64,000 nt of DNA from Candidatus Heimdallarchaeota archaeon (lineage in GTDB: Archaea > Asgardarchaeota > Heimdallarchaeia > JABLTI01), in the NCBI GenBank assembly GCA_018238155.1, contig JABCTZ010000025.1:32001-96000 (forward strand), read 5' to 3'. Positions 50,133 through 59,926 of the stretch are shown one piece after another. Under the pieces are notes generated by a model, which searched no databases, was not told the DNA's origin, and saw only the letters and a list, made by a program, of their open reading frames with translations. The translations under genes and the position numbers were made by a program. The first letter of the stretch is position 1; every line of letters begins with the position of its first letter.

Positions 50133-50390
50133 TTATCCCCCAACATCTTTTCTTTCTAGAACAACAATTCCTATTATTAGGAGGATTACAGTGATCAAAA
50201 TCATTACTATCAACGAAATCAATGGGTGAATATAATTGGTTTCAGTTAGTAGGGAAGTTAAATTATTTTCAGTATCATTTGCTCCTAGGAATGCTGAGAT
50301 ATCTGTAAATTGATTTACATATGTTTAAAAAAAAACCTAAATTCTGTTGGAAGGATGGTATTGGTTGAAATCCGAATGGTTTTAAGAATA
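50133..50390 (-). pseudogene. 3' remnant of a second ABC permease allele
   Basis: Diverged direct repeat of about 52879-53140, ending ...GIVVLERKDVGG*. Confidence 0.9.
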
Positions 50391-50960
50391 GGAGGAATAT
50401 ATACTGATAAGGTAATCAAATATAATTGTAAAATATTTATCAATTATTTCAGAGAATCTCTTAAACGATTTACTATTGAGAAGGAAAAACTCACTATATT
50501 TTTTCTTTAATTTAGCTTCAATGTTTAAAGAAAGAATTCTTTTATTGAAGCTTTCATTCATCATTAATATGATCTTTTCAATAGCTTTTATAGATGCTTT
50601 AGATCTAATAGCTATATAATCTAAAAGAGAGTATTTCATTTTGTAATATTTTTTCCTATCCTTAGTTTTCTTAACGATTTCAACAGTATCTAACTTTACA
50701 AGTTTTGATAATACTTCTGAGACGGTACTTCTGCCATAATTAGTAAACTTGATCAAGTAATCTTGAGTAACTGGATTTGGTTCAATCATTAATGTCTGTG
50801 TAATTGCTGTCAATTCTCTACTTCTAACATAGATTGATTGAGAGTCTATTGCACGTTTCACAAAATCTTGTTTTATCTTATATAAAGAGTCATTTTCAAT
50901 GGATTGGTTTTTTGTTAACTTTTTTTGGATAAAAGTTTCAAAGTCAATTTCAGATCCCAT
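50382..50960 (-). CDS. GbsR/MarR-like wHTH transcriptional regulator
   Basis: VTQDYLIKFTNYGRSTVSEVLSKL...DRKKYY; probable start ATG 50960. Confidence 0.7.
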   Translation of the reverse strand: MGSEIDFETFIQKKLTKNQSIENDSLYKIKQDFVKRAIDSQSIYVRSRELTAITQTLMIEPNPVTQDYLIKFTNYGRSTVSEVLSKLVKLDTVEIVKKTKDRKKYYKMKYSLLDYIAIRSKASIKAIEKIILMMNESFNKRILSLNIEAKLKKKYSEFFLLNSKSFKRFSEIIDKYFTIIFDYLISIYSSYS

Positions 50961-51083
50961 GTTTTCATTTGCAAGTGTTAGAATATAATTGGGATTTAAC
51001 AGATATTTATATTCATGAACATTACAATAAAAAATAGATGCTAGAAATAGAGAGAGTATCACAAAAATTTAGGAGAAATCGTA

Positions 51084-52019
51084 TTGAGTAAGACCATTCA
51101 AAATATCATTCTGAATGTTTCAAATATAACTAAAATTTATGGAAGAGATATTTCCATAGGAAAAAGGACTATTAGAAAACGAGTTGTTGGAGCAGAGAAT
51201 GTTTCCTTTGATGTAATGAAAGGAGAAATCTTTGGCTTCCTGGGACCAAATGGTTCTGGAAAAACAACAACTATTAGATCTATTCTTGACTATTTACATA
51301 TTCAAGAAGGCGAGATAACTGTCTTTGGCTTAGATCATCATAAAGATGCATTAAAAATTAGAAAGAGAATTGGCTATGTTTCTGGTGATATGGCACTCTA
51401 TGAAAATTTCACAGGTTTGGAATTGATAAATTATTTTAACAAACTAAGAAAACATGATGAAGAATTCTTAGTAGAATTAAAGTCAATATTCACTGTTGAT
51501 TTAGATAGAAAAGTAAGGACTCTTTCTAAGGGTAACAGACAACAGATTGGTTTAATTCTTGCTTTAGCTTCTAAACCAGAATTCCTAATTTTGGATGAAC
51601 CATCATCAGGATTAGACCCACTAATAACAGCACAATTTCATCGACTATTGAAACGATTAAAGACAGAGGGAACTACCATATTCCTAAGTTCACATGATCT
51701 TTCTGAAGTGCAAAGTATCTGTGACCGCGTGGGTATTATAAAAGATGGAAAGATTATTCTCGTTGAAGAAATGGAAAGCTTACGGTTGAAATTCTTACAG
51801 ATTGTCGATGTAACATTTTTAGATAAGACACCATCAAAGGATGAATTATTAACTTTAGAAAATGTCCTCGAGATTAAAGAAAGAAACACACATCGTTATA
51901 ATTTACGAATAAAGGAGGATGTGAATGAGATTATTCAATTTCTTTCAACATACTCAATAAGTAGATTGGAAATAAAAGATGCTTCTCTGGAAGAAATTTT
52001 TCTACATTATTATGAATAG
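51084..52019 (+). CDS. ABC-2 exporter ATP-binding protein
   Basis: GPNGSGKTT, LSKGNRQ, LILDEP, SSH. Confidence 0.93.
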   Translation: MSKTIQNIILNVSNITKIYGRDISIGKRTIRKRVVGAENVSFDVMKGEIFGFLGPNGSGKTTTIRSILDYLHIQEGEITVFGLDHHKDALKIRKRIGYVSGDMALYENFTGLELINYFNKLRKHDEEFLVELKSIFTVDLDRKVRTLSKGNRQQIGLILALASKPEFLILDEPSSGLDPLITAQFHRLLKRLKTEGTTIFLSSHDLSEVQSICDRVGIIKDGKIILVEEMESLRLKFLQIVDVTFLDKTPSKDELLTLENVLEIKERNTHRYNLRIKEDVNEIIQFLSTYSISRLEIKDASLEEIFLHYYE

Positions 52020-52031
52020 GAGGACAAAAAA

Positions 52032-52832
52032 ATGGTACATATTCTATTAAAAAATATGAAAAAGAGTATATTGTCAGGTATTCTACCGCCTTTAATTATT
52101 GTTCTCATGATAATAATGATTTCTGGCATATGGCCTTCAGTAAAGGTTCATATGGCAACCTTTGCAGACATATTAGAAAATCCTGTTTATGAAGCAATGC
52201 TAGGACAATTAGGATTAGCTGATATCAGTACATTTCAAGGATTCTTGAGTATCGAAATTTTTACTATGTTAGAGATGACTATGATTTTCATCACAATGCT
52301 CATACCCGCAAGGATGATTACATCAGAAGTCGATAAAAGAACATTAGATATTACAATAAGTTACCCAATTACTCGTTGGCGATTAATCCTTGAGAAATTT
52401 GGTGCCTATCTAATCTACAATCTTCTCTATCCTATATTATTGATAACTACAACAATAATTGCCAATGAGATTTTGAATGAAGATATTAATTATACCCTTC
52501 TATCATATGCTGCAATTGGCTCATGGTTACTCTTCTTCGCTTTAGGTGCTATCTCATTACTTTGTGGAGCAGTTTTTCTCGAAGGCAAAAAAGCTATCGC
52601 AGCTGCCGCTGGAATAATTTTAGGTATGTGGGTACTAGTAAGATTTAGCGGATTTGTTGAAGAATTAGATTTCCTCAAATACATGTCACTTTTCCATTAT
52701 CTAAATGCGGCAGTAATATTCAATGCCGGTAAAATGCCATTAGATGAACTCTTCATTGTAATAGGTGTCGGTTTGGCAGCATTAATCAGTGCGTTAATTA
52801 TTTTTGAAAAGAGGGAATTAACTATCGTCTAA
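52032..52832 (+). CDS. ABC-2 exporter permease
   Basis: EVDKRTLD...PITRWRLILEK; about six TMs; FEKREL. Confidence 0.88.
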   Translation: MVHILLKNMKKSILSGILPPLIIVLMIIMISGIWPSVKVHMATFADILENPVYEAMLGQLGLADISTFQGFLSIEIFTMLEMTMIFITMLIPARMITSEVDKRTLDITISYPITRWRLILEKFGAYLIYNLLYPILLITTTIIANEILNEDINYTLLSYAAIGSWLLFFALGAISLLCGAVFLEGKKAIAAAAGIILGMWVLVRFSGFVEELDFLKYMSLFHYLNAAVIFNAGKMPLDELFIVIGVGLAALISALIIFEKRELTIV

Positions 52833-52878
52833 TTCTCTTCTTTGCTTCTTTTTATAATTACATTTAATAAAAAAGAAA

Positions 52879-53958
52879 TTATCCCCCAACATCTTTTCTT
52901 TCTAGAACAACAATTCCTATGACTAAGAGGACAATAGTAATCACAATTAATACTGTCAACGAAATCAATGGGTGAATATAATTAGTTTCAGCTAATAAGA
53001 ATGTTAAATTATTTTCAACATCGTTTGCTCCGAGGAACGCTGAGATATCAGTAAATTGATTCACATACGTTCCAAAGAATAAGCCAAAATTTTGTTGGAA
53101 GAATGGTGTTGGTTGAAATCCAAATGGTTTTAAAAATAAGATGAAAATTGTGCTTAAATTATATCCAAGATCAATTATGTAGAGAGACCACGTTTCATAA
53201 TATCCTGGAAGAGCTAATCGTAATAGTATTCCAACAAAATAAATCACTATTATTGCTAACATTATAAATACAACGTTGATAACAACTTTCTTGTTTATAA
53301 TTGACATGAAACCCATTATAAAACCAATAATTGCAATCATCATTAAAGCATACAAATAAATTGGAACAAGATAGAGCAATGATTGTAGAAACACATCAAA
53401 TGAGACTTGGAAAACTGTGCATGGTATTACAAGTCCGAGGAACAATGAAAATAGTTGTAGGATTGCCATATTGACGAAATAACCTACAAATTTACCAAAG
53501 AATATAGTCGATCTTCTTATTGGTTTAGTCATTAGAAAAATCAATGTTCCACTATTCTCTTCTCCTGAAATAAATGTTGAAGCTGACAAACCACAGAAGA
53601 GAAATAGAAGTATTCCTGCATTCCAAAAGAATGCGTAAAATGCGAAATGGCTCACAATAGTTGTAACTTGAAAATTAATATTCAAATCTGATAATGGAAC
53701 AATCAAATTTTCGGCAGTCACATTAGAGAAAATAAATGGAAAAATGATTGAGAGAATAACATAAACAATTACTCGAGTCGCTCCAAACATCTCTATAAAT
53801 GTTTTTTTGAAAATCATGAACATACCAAAGTATACTTTATTGTCTCGAGGAAGTTTCTCAGTTTCTTTCTTTTCCTTTATCTTCTTAGGTTTTTCACCAA
53901 TTATTGTTGGTTCAATGGTCAATGGTTTCTTTTCAGGTTGTGGTAAAGGCATTTCCAT
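52879..53958 (-). CDS. ABC-2 exporter permease
   Basis: EENSGTLIFLMTKPIRRSTIFFGK; ERKDV. Confidence 0.88.
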   Translation of the reverse strand: MEMPLPQPEKKPLTIEPTIIGEKPKKIKEKKETEKLPRDNKVYFGMFMIFKKTFIEMFGATRVIVYVILSIIFPFIFSNVTAENLIVPLSDLNINFQVTTIVSHFAFYAFFWNAGILLFLFCGLSASTFISGEENSGTLIFLMTKPIRRSTIFFGKFVGYFVNMAILQLFSLFLGLVIPCTVFQVSFDVFLQSLLYLVPIYLYALMMIAIIGFIMGFMSIINKKVVINVVFIMLAIIVIYFVGILLRLALPGYYETWSLYIIDLGYNLSTIFILFLKPFGFQPTPFFQQNFGLFFGTYVNQFTDISAFLGANDVENNLTFLLAETNYIHPLISLTVLIVITIVLLVIGIVVLERKDVGG

Positions 53959-53962
53959 ATGA

Positions 53963-55063
53963 TCATCCCCTCCTCACTCTCTTTAACAAGCCACCTTGCT
54001 CAATCTGTTGCTCATACAACAGCTCTTCCTCGTAGAGAAATTCTGAACCATATCGCTTCGAGATAACATTAATGAACACTTCTTCTAGAGTTACTTCAAT
54101 GGGAGAAAAGCGTCTAAGTTCAGAGCCATTCCTTTGAAGAATTTCAGGCAGTTGGACATATACGTAATCAATGAAATCACTTTGAAAGATAATAGTATCA
54201 TTTGAATCAAGATATATTTTTGTTGCAACTCCAAGGCTAGATAAATCTTCTATCACTTGTTTTGCATTAGAACATTCCAAAGCATATTCTCCTGTTGAAA
54301 ATTCTTTCCGCATTTCAGCTAATGTAGTAGTTAAACCAATTTTTCCTTTTACAATAATAGTAACTCGAGATACTAGTTTTTCGATTTCGGTGAGAATATG
54401 TCCACTTACAAAAACACTTGTACCTAACATACCTGCTAATTCTTTGATAGTATTGACTAATTTAAAGCGTGATTCAGGATCGAGTCCTGCAGTACTTTCA
54501 TCAAGAACAGCTAAACGTGGATGATGCATTAATGCTTGCGCAACGGCAAGTTTTGCTTTCATACCCGTCGAGAATTTTGCCGGATGCCGGAAACCATGTT
54601 TAGTCATTTCTAGAATATGTAGGAATTCCTTTGCTCGTTCTTTTGCAAGAGTTTTCTGCATACCAGTAAGTCGTCCCATATAAATTAAATAATCATAAGC
54701 AGTCATAGATTTCCAAAAGTTAGGATTGGCTATTGCTACTCCTATCAGTTTATTTGCTGCAGGTGTTCCAATTGGTTTACCAAAAATGTATCCTTTGCCA
54801 CTTGTTGGTCTGTATGTTCCGGCAATCATTAACATTGAAGTGGTTTTTCCAGCACCATTTGGTCCTAAATAACCATGGACTTCTCCCTCCTTGACAGATA
54901 TATTAATCCCATCAACTGCTTTTACTTGGTTATATCCCTTACCAAAGTATTTCTTTAAATTAATAGTTTGGATAGCCAAATTTTCATCTATTTCAATTTC
55001 TTGTTCTTCAATTTCATCTTGTACTACCGGGAGGTTCTTAGATTGATCTGTGGTCAAATTCAT
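53963..55063 (-). CDS. ABC-2 exporter ATP-binding protein
   Basis: GPNGAGKTT, FSTGM, VLDESTAGLDP, SGH. Confidence 0.92.
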   Translation of the reverse strand: MNLTTDQSKNLPVVQDEIEEQEIEIDENLAIQTINLKKYFGKGYNQVKAVDGINISVKEGEVHGYLGPNGAGKTTSMLMIAGTYRPTSGKGYIFGKPIGTPAANKLIGVAIANPNFWKSMTAYDYLIYMGRLTGMQKTLAKERAKEFLHILEMTKHGFRHPAKFSTGMKAKLAVAQALMHHPRLAVLDESTAGLDPESRFKLVNTIKELAGMLGTSVFVSGHILTEIEKLVSRVTIIVKGKIGLTTTLAEMRKEFSTGEYALECSNAKQVIEDLSSLGVATKIYLDSNDTIIFQSDFIDYVYVQLPEILQRNGSELRRFSPIEVTLEEVFINVISKRYGSEFLYEEELLYEQQIEQGGLLKRVRRG

Positions 55064-58000
55064 TTACTGTTCACCCTCCATTTCTAGAGATGGACCAAAG
55101 TCAGCTAAATTATCTTTTGGTCTTACTTTGACAAAAATCTTCAACCCAACAAAAGTGAAGACAATTACGCTTATTGCAATCCAAAGAATGACTACTCCAC
55201 CACCTTTTTCATTAACTACCACAAGTGAAGCATAAGCACTAATTCCATTACGATCAGTAATAGCAACAGAGACATTATGTTCACCATTGCTTAGATAAAT
55301 AGTTACTTCAGATTCAAAAGTAAAGGCAATTTCTGTTCCACTAAGAAATATTTGAGAATAGACTTCTTGTGCAGAAGTTTCCCAAAATAATTGGAACTTG
55401 CCACTATGTTCTGGTTGTATTTCTATATCAAAAAAATCAATTGAAAAATGGTTATTTATCGCTCTAAGTCTTCCAAAATTATCTAGAAAAACAATGTTCC
55501 CTTTCAGTGTTCCATTTAATTCAGAAGGCAAAAATGCAGACATAACTAATCCGTCAATTTTTTTCCAAATTAGACCGGTATCACTATCTATAATAATTGA
55601 AGAAAAGTCTCCTGTTGGAGTAAGAAGAGTCATCAAAATATCTTCTTTGTTATTTCCAGAAACATCACCAAGATTTTTCATAAAAGCCGCAGGCATAATT
55701 GTAGGATGAGAAAACTCTTCTTTGAGAACAGGAACAAAGCTATAACTGGTTTCCACTGTTGCAATTGATTTTGATACATCAATTAATTCTAAAGTCATTC
55801 CTTGAGCGATTTCATCCGTTCCACCACCTTGATTGACTGACCATGCGAAAAGTAGCTCTGGAATAGAATCACCATTTATGTCTGAAATGTAATCAGTAAA
55901 TTCAGTTATCCCTGCTTTCTTAAATTGATCCATATAATAAAATCCATTGTCAAAATTCGCTTTATTAACAAAATACAAGCTTAGGAATGTTCCATCTGAA
56001 CCATCAATAATATAGTACCCTCGTGAAAGGGAATTTGCATCACCACTACTCCAAGGAACAAAAGCTATGTGATCTCTTATTCCATCATTATTGAAATCAA
56101 CTTGGTATAATTCCAAATTTAAGTCATTGATGTTTCCTTTGATGTCATATACAATTATTCCTGTTTCCAAATCAAAAATCGAAATTAGCATTTGTTCATT
56201 TTGATTTCTATTTAATGCCAATATTGTTTCATTGTGGGTTTCTTCCATATGGAAAATGAAATTTTCTTCATCTATCCAACCATCTGTATTTTGCCAATTC
56301 CAATGTAGAGAAGAAAAATTCGTTGAATCTACTAAGACTACGCGATTATCACCAATTATTAGGATGTCCTCAGATGAATTACCAACTAAATCACCTATAT
56401 TATAGATAACACCTCTATGTGGAAGCCAATTTCTATAATGAGGATCAAAAATATCTGTTTCTCGAGTAAGATTCCAAAGATAATTACCATCTAGACCACT
56501 ATGACAATATAAGTAACCATTTTGACCTGTAACAAGAATATCCTGAAGTCCGTCTGAATTTTGATCTTCAACAGGTGCAATTGAAATTATTTTCAATTGA
56601 TCAGGATTATACACCCAATTAGGATCAGTGGCTGTGGTTTCCCAAACAATGGAACCATTAAAACCATTAAGCAACAGAACTTTTGAAATGTTTTGGAGCA
56701 AGTATGTTTGCGTAGAAGTTTCTCTTTGTGCTAACCACAAATCTGGAATGCCATCTCCAGTTATATCATCAGCTAATTCTACTTGGCTGTATCCACCACT
56801 TAATAATAGTTGATCTTCCATAGTCATTTCATGATTCCAAATTGTTTCTCCAGTTGAGCCGTCCACGACAGCTAATTTCGTTATCGTATAACGATTTGTT
56901 TGCCAATTATCTAGATAATGAATACTTTTACGAAGAAAGTCATTAGTTGAATCATTATTTATATCATAAAAAATTTCCATTTGTTCTTGAGCAGAAATAG
57001 TTAAACGCCAAACTAATTCTCCGGTTTCTCCATTAAGAGCAAAAAGACCGTATCCTGCAAGAAAAATAAGAACTTCAGATTCAAGTGAACCTGTAATATT
57101 GTTAATAGAAAAAGCATAGTTGCCTGTAAAAGGATAATTGCTTCCTTGACTTTCCGAACCAGAATTCAAATCAAAATTCAAACTGTTAGTAAATGCTGAA
57201 ATTTCCCACTGATCAATTAATGTGTTATTTTCTAAAGAATAGATATCAATTAGAAAAGTGTTTGTGGTATTTTCAACTCCTGTAGGTATGATTAATTTTG
57301 TAAAACTACCATTACCATCTTGTGAGCTATGTGATGTAACAGATCTTACTTTATCAATATCAATAGAAGATAAACTCCATAATACATTCATTTCATTTTG
57401 CTCAATATCTATAACTGATACAGTACTATTTCCGAACGTTCCTGTTCCACGCCCTAAGGTAAGAATTTGAGTGTCAGAGGAGAGAGAATCTAATTCAAAA
57501 ACCATTACATTATAGAAAGTTTCAGAACCAAAATAGGCTATGTTATGAGTCGTTCCTGTTATTGAAAATGCTTTAACTTCATCAAGTAATTTTCCATTAG
57601 TAATATCGTATATTGAAACATAACCTGATTCACTTGAAATTATAACATCCTCTTTATTATCACCATTAAAATCTTCAAGTATCATTACATCATACACATT
57701 TTGATCTATTGTAATAGTAGTGCCTTGCTCTGTATTTGTATATTGAAGTGATTCAGTAGCTTGTATGGTCCAGATTTTATTACCATTTTTTCCTGAAACA
57801 ACTAGTAATTCTCCATCTTGCGTTCCAAAGATGACTTCATTTATGCCGTCTGAATCTAAGTCATCAGCTAATAAATCAAGTGACCATATATCATCTGACC
57901 CACTTGCGGACCACAAAAGAGAACCATCAATAGCATCTAATGCATAAACAGTATTATACGACGAAATCAAAACGTCATCTAACCCGTCACTCGTCAAATC

Positions 58001-58558
58001 CTCTATTTGTAAACCATTCCAAGACCGAGTTTCTTTTTCTGTAAAACCAATTCCATCGACAAAGACTGTAACTGTAGGACGGAATGACCAGATTTTTTCT
58101 CCGGAAAAACCATCAATTAATTCAGTATTATTAAAATCTTGAGTATCGACTGTGATTAGTACATCTCTGATGTTATCATTTGTAACATCGCTTAATGGTG
58201 TAATACTTAGAATTGCTCCTGGAGTAGAAATAAACCAAAAAATTGTTCCTAATTCAATATTGATTTTGGAAAGACCAATGTTGGAACCCATGTAGAGAAT
58301 TTCCTCAGAACCAACTCCATTAATCGAATCTAAAACTGGTCGACAAGTAGTATCATCAGGCAAACCTGAAAAGGATGACCATATTTCACCATCATTTGGA
58401 TCAGAAGTTGCAGTAAGCGATGGCAAAGAGGGGTTTACAGAAAGAGCATTTGAAGTGGAAATTTTACTGGTAGACATTGTTGTACTAACTAAAAATGAAA
58501 TAAAAGGAGTTGCTAATAGTATAAATAAAAGAGTGATTGTTTTTTCCTTTCGGAGCAT
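55064..58558 (-). CDS. Large surface protein with FG-GAP/PQQ-like beta-propeller repeats and C-terminal TM anchor
   Basis: Repeated DxxxDGxxD loops (DLTSDGLDD, DFNGDNKED, DITGDGIPD, DINGDSIPE) and DGxTGExxW; probable start ATG 58558. Confidence 0.82.
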   Translation of the reverse strand: MLRKEKTITLLFILLATPFISFLVSTTMSTSKISTSNALSVNPSLPSLTATSDPNDGEIWSSFSGLPDDTTCRPVLDSINGVGSEEILYMGSNIGLSKINIELGTIFWFISTPGAILSITPLSDVTNDNIRDVLITVDTQDFNNTELIDGFSGEKIWSFRPTVTVFVDGIGFTEKETRSWNGLQIEDLTSDGLDDVLISSYNTVYALDAIDGSLLWSASGSDDIWSLDLLADDLDSDGINEVIFGTQDGELLVVSGKNGNKIWTIQATESLQYTNTEQGTTITIDQNVYDVMILEDFNGDNKEDVIISSESGYVSIYDITNGKLLDEVKAFSITGTTHNIAYFGSETFYNVMVFELDSLSSDTQILTLGRGTGTFGNSTVSVIDIEQNEMNVLWSLSSIDIDKVRSVTSHSSQDGNGSFTKLIIPTGVENTTNTFLIDIYSLENNTLIDQWEISAFTNSLNFDLNSGSESQGSNYPFTGNYAFSINNITGSLESEVLIFLAGYGLFALNGETGELVWRLTISAQEQMEIFYDINNDSTNDFLRKSIHYLDNWQTNRYTITKLAVVDGSTGETIWNHEMTMEDQLLLSGGYSQVELADDITGDGIPDLWLAQRETSTQTYLLQNISKVLLLNGFNGSIVWETTATDPNWVYNPDQLKIISIAPVEDQNSDGLQDILVTGQNGYLYCHSGLDGNYLWNLTRETDIFDPHYRNWLPHRGVIYNIGDLVGNSSEDILIIGDNRVVLVDSTNFSSLHWNWQNTDGWIDEENFIFHMEETHNETILALNRNQNEQMLISIFDLETGIIVYDIKGNINDLNLELYQVDFNNDGIRDHIAFVPWSSGDANSLSRGYYIIDGSDGTFLSLYFVNKANFDNGFYYMDQFKKAGITEFTDYISDINGDSIPELLFAWSVNQGGGTDEIAQGMTLELIDVSKSIATVETSYSFVPVLKEEFSHPTIMPAAFMKNLGDVSGNNKEDILMTLLTPTGDFSSIIIDSDTGLIWKKIDGLVMSAFLPSELNGTLKGNIVFLDNFGRLRAINNHFSIDFFDIEIQPEHSGKFQLFWETSAQEVYSQIFLSGTEIAFTFESEVTIYLSNGEHNVSVAITDRNGISAYASLVVVNEKGGGVVILWIAISVIVFTFVGLKIFVKVRPKDNLADFGPSLEMEGEQ

Positions 58559-58763
58559 AAAGGTAACACCAACTGATATAGAAGAGATAATTTCCATTGG
58601 ATATACAACAGATATTTCCCCTCGAGATAATAATGAAATATACAAATCATATTTAAAAACAATTAAGATAGAGGCAAGAGAGAGAAAAAAAATTAAAGCA
58701 ACAAAAGTTTCAAAATATTTGATTTCGCTCCAGTCAGAAAGTAACTATCTCTTCTCCATTCAT

Positions 58764-59789
58764 TCATCCATTTCGCTCTAGTGAATGTTTCGTGAATTTT
58801 TTCCAAGCTTTAGTTATCTCTTTTCGATGATTTTTCAAACCTGTGGGTAACTTATCAATATCTAATTGAAGACTCTCCCATTGGATATTCATAGAAGACC
58901 TTGTGGTGAGCTTCTGTTTTGTTTTCTTTGTGAATGATGAGAGGTCGGCACCAGTAACACGTTTCTTATGAAGGTAAATCTTGTATAAATTCGAGCATTT
59001 TACAAGTGGAGAGAGATCAATAGAAACAATTTGATTCTTAGCTAAGTAAATCTCTTCTAGCGCGATGCAATTTGCAAGCGGTGAGAAATCAACTGAAGTA
59101 AGCCGATTAATAGCAAGGTCTAGGTCTTTTAATGCAATACAATTTGCGAGGGGTGAGAGGTCGATAGAGGTAAGTAGATTATCATCAAGGTCGAGATTTG
59201 TTAATACAATGCAATCTGCGAGAGGTGTGAGGTCAATAGATTCAAGCTGATTTTCAGAAAGGCAGAGCTCTTCTAGTTTTGTGCATTTTGCGAGGGGTGA
59301 GATATCAAGCTCTGTAAGCCGATTTTCATTAAGGAAGATTTCCTTTAATTCCGTGCAATTTGCGAGTGGCGAGAGATCAATAGATGTAAACAAATTATCG
59401 TGAAGATAGAGCTCTTCTAGTTTTGTACACTTTGCAAGTGGTGACAGATCAAGCTCAGTAAGCAGATTCCCTGAAAAAAAGGGTGTTCCAATAACGAGTA
59501 TTTGTAGGTTGATGCATTTTGCGAGTGGAGAAAGGTCGAGCTCAGTAAGCTGATTCTCATCGAGAGCAAGTCTTTGTAATTTTGTGCACTTTGCAAGTGG
59601 AGAGAGGTCAATTTCAGCAAGCTGATTGGTTGAAATGTCGAGCTCTTGAAGATTTGTGCATTGTGCGAGTGGTGATAAATCCACAGTGACAAGCTCACTA
59701 TTGTTTAGAGCGACCTCTTCTGTATCTGAACTAAAATTACTTGTGAATTGTTTCCCATAGGAATCAGTTCCCTTAATTACTACTGTCAT
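58764..59789 (-). CDS. Leucine-rich repeat protein (about 10 x 24-aa repeats)
   Basis: Consensus LTxIDLSPLAxCxxLxxLxLxxNx. Confidence 0.92.
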   Translation of the reverse strand: MTVVIKGTDSYGKQFTSNFSSDTEEVALNNSELVTVDLSPLAQCTNLQELDISTNQLAEIDLSPLAKCTKLQRLALDENQLTELDLSPLAKCINLQILVIGTPFFSGNLLTELDLSPLAKCTKLEELYLHDNLFTSIDLSPLANCTELKEIFLNENRLTELDISPLAKCTKLEELCLSENQLESIDLTPLADCIVLTNLDLDDNLLTSIDLSPLANCIALKDLDLAINRLTSVDFSPLANCIALEEIYLAKNQIVSIDLSPLVKCSNLYKIYLHKKRVTGADLSSFTKKTKQKLTTRSSMNIQWESLQLDIDKLPTGLKNHRKEITKAWKKFTKHSLERNG

Positions 59790-59926
59790 TTTACAATCAT
59801 CTCAAACAGATTTTATTTGCAATTAATACTTAACACTATTTCGTTGGTAATAAAAAGGATATCCAAACGAGATAAAAACGAAATATTATTAGTTAATAAA
59901 ATAAAAAAAAGAGAGTGAGAGAAAAC

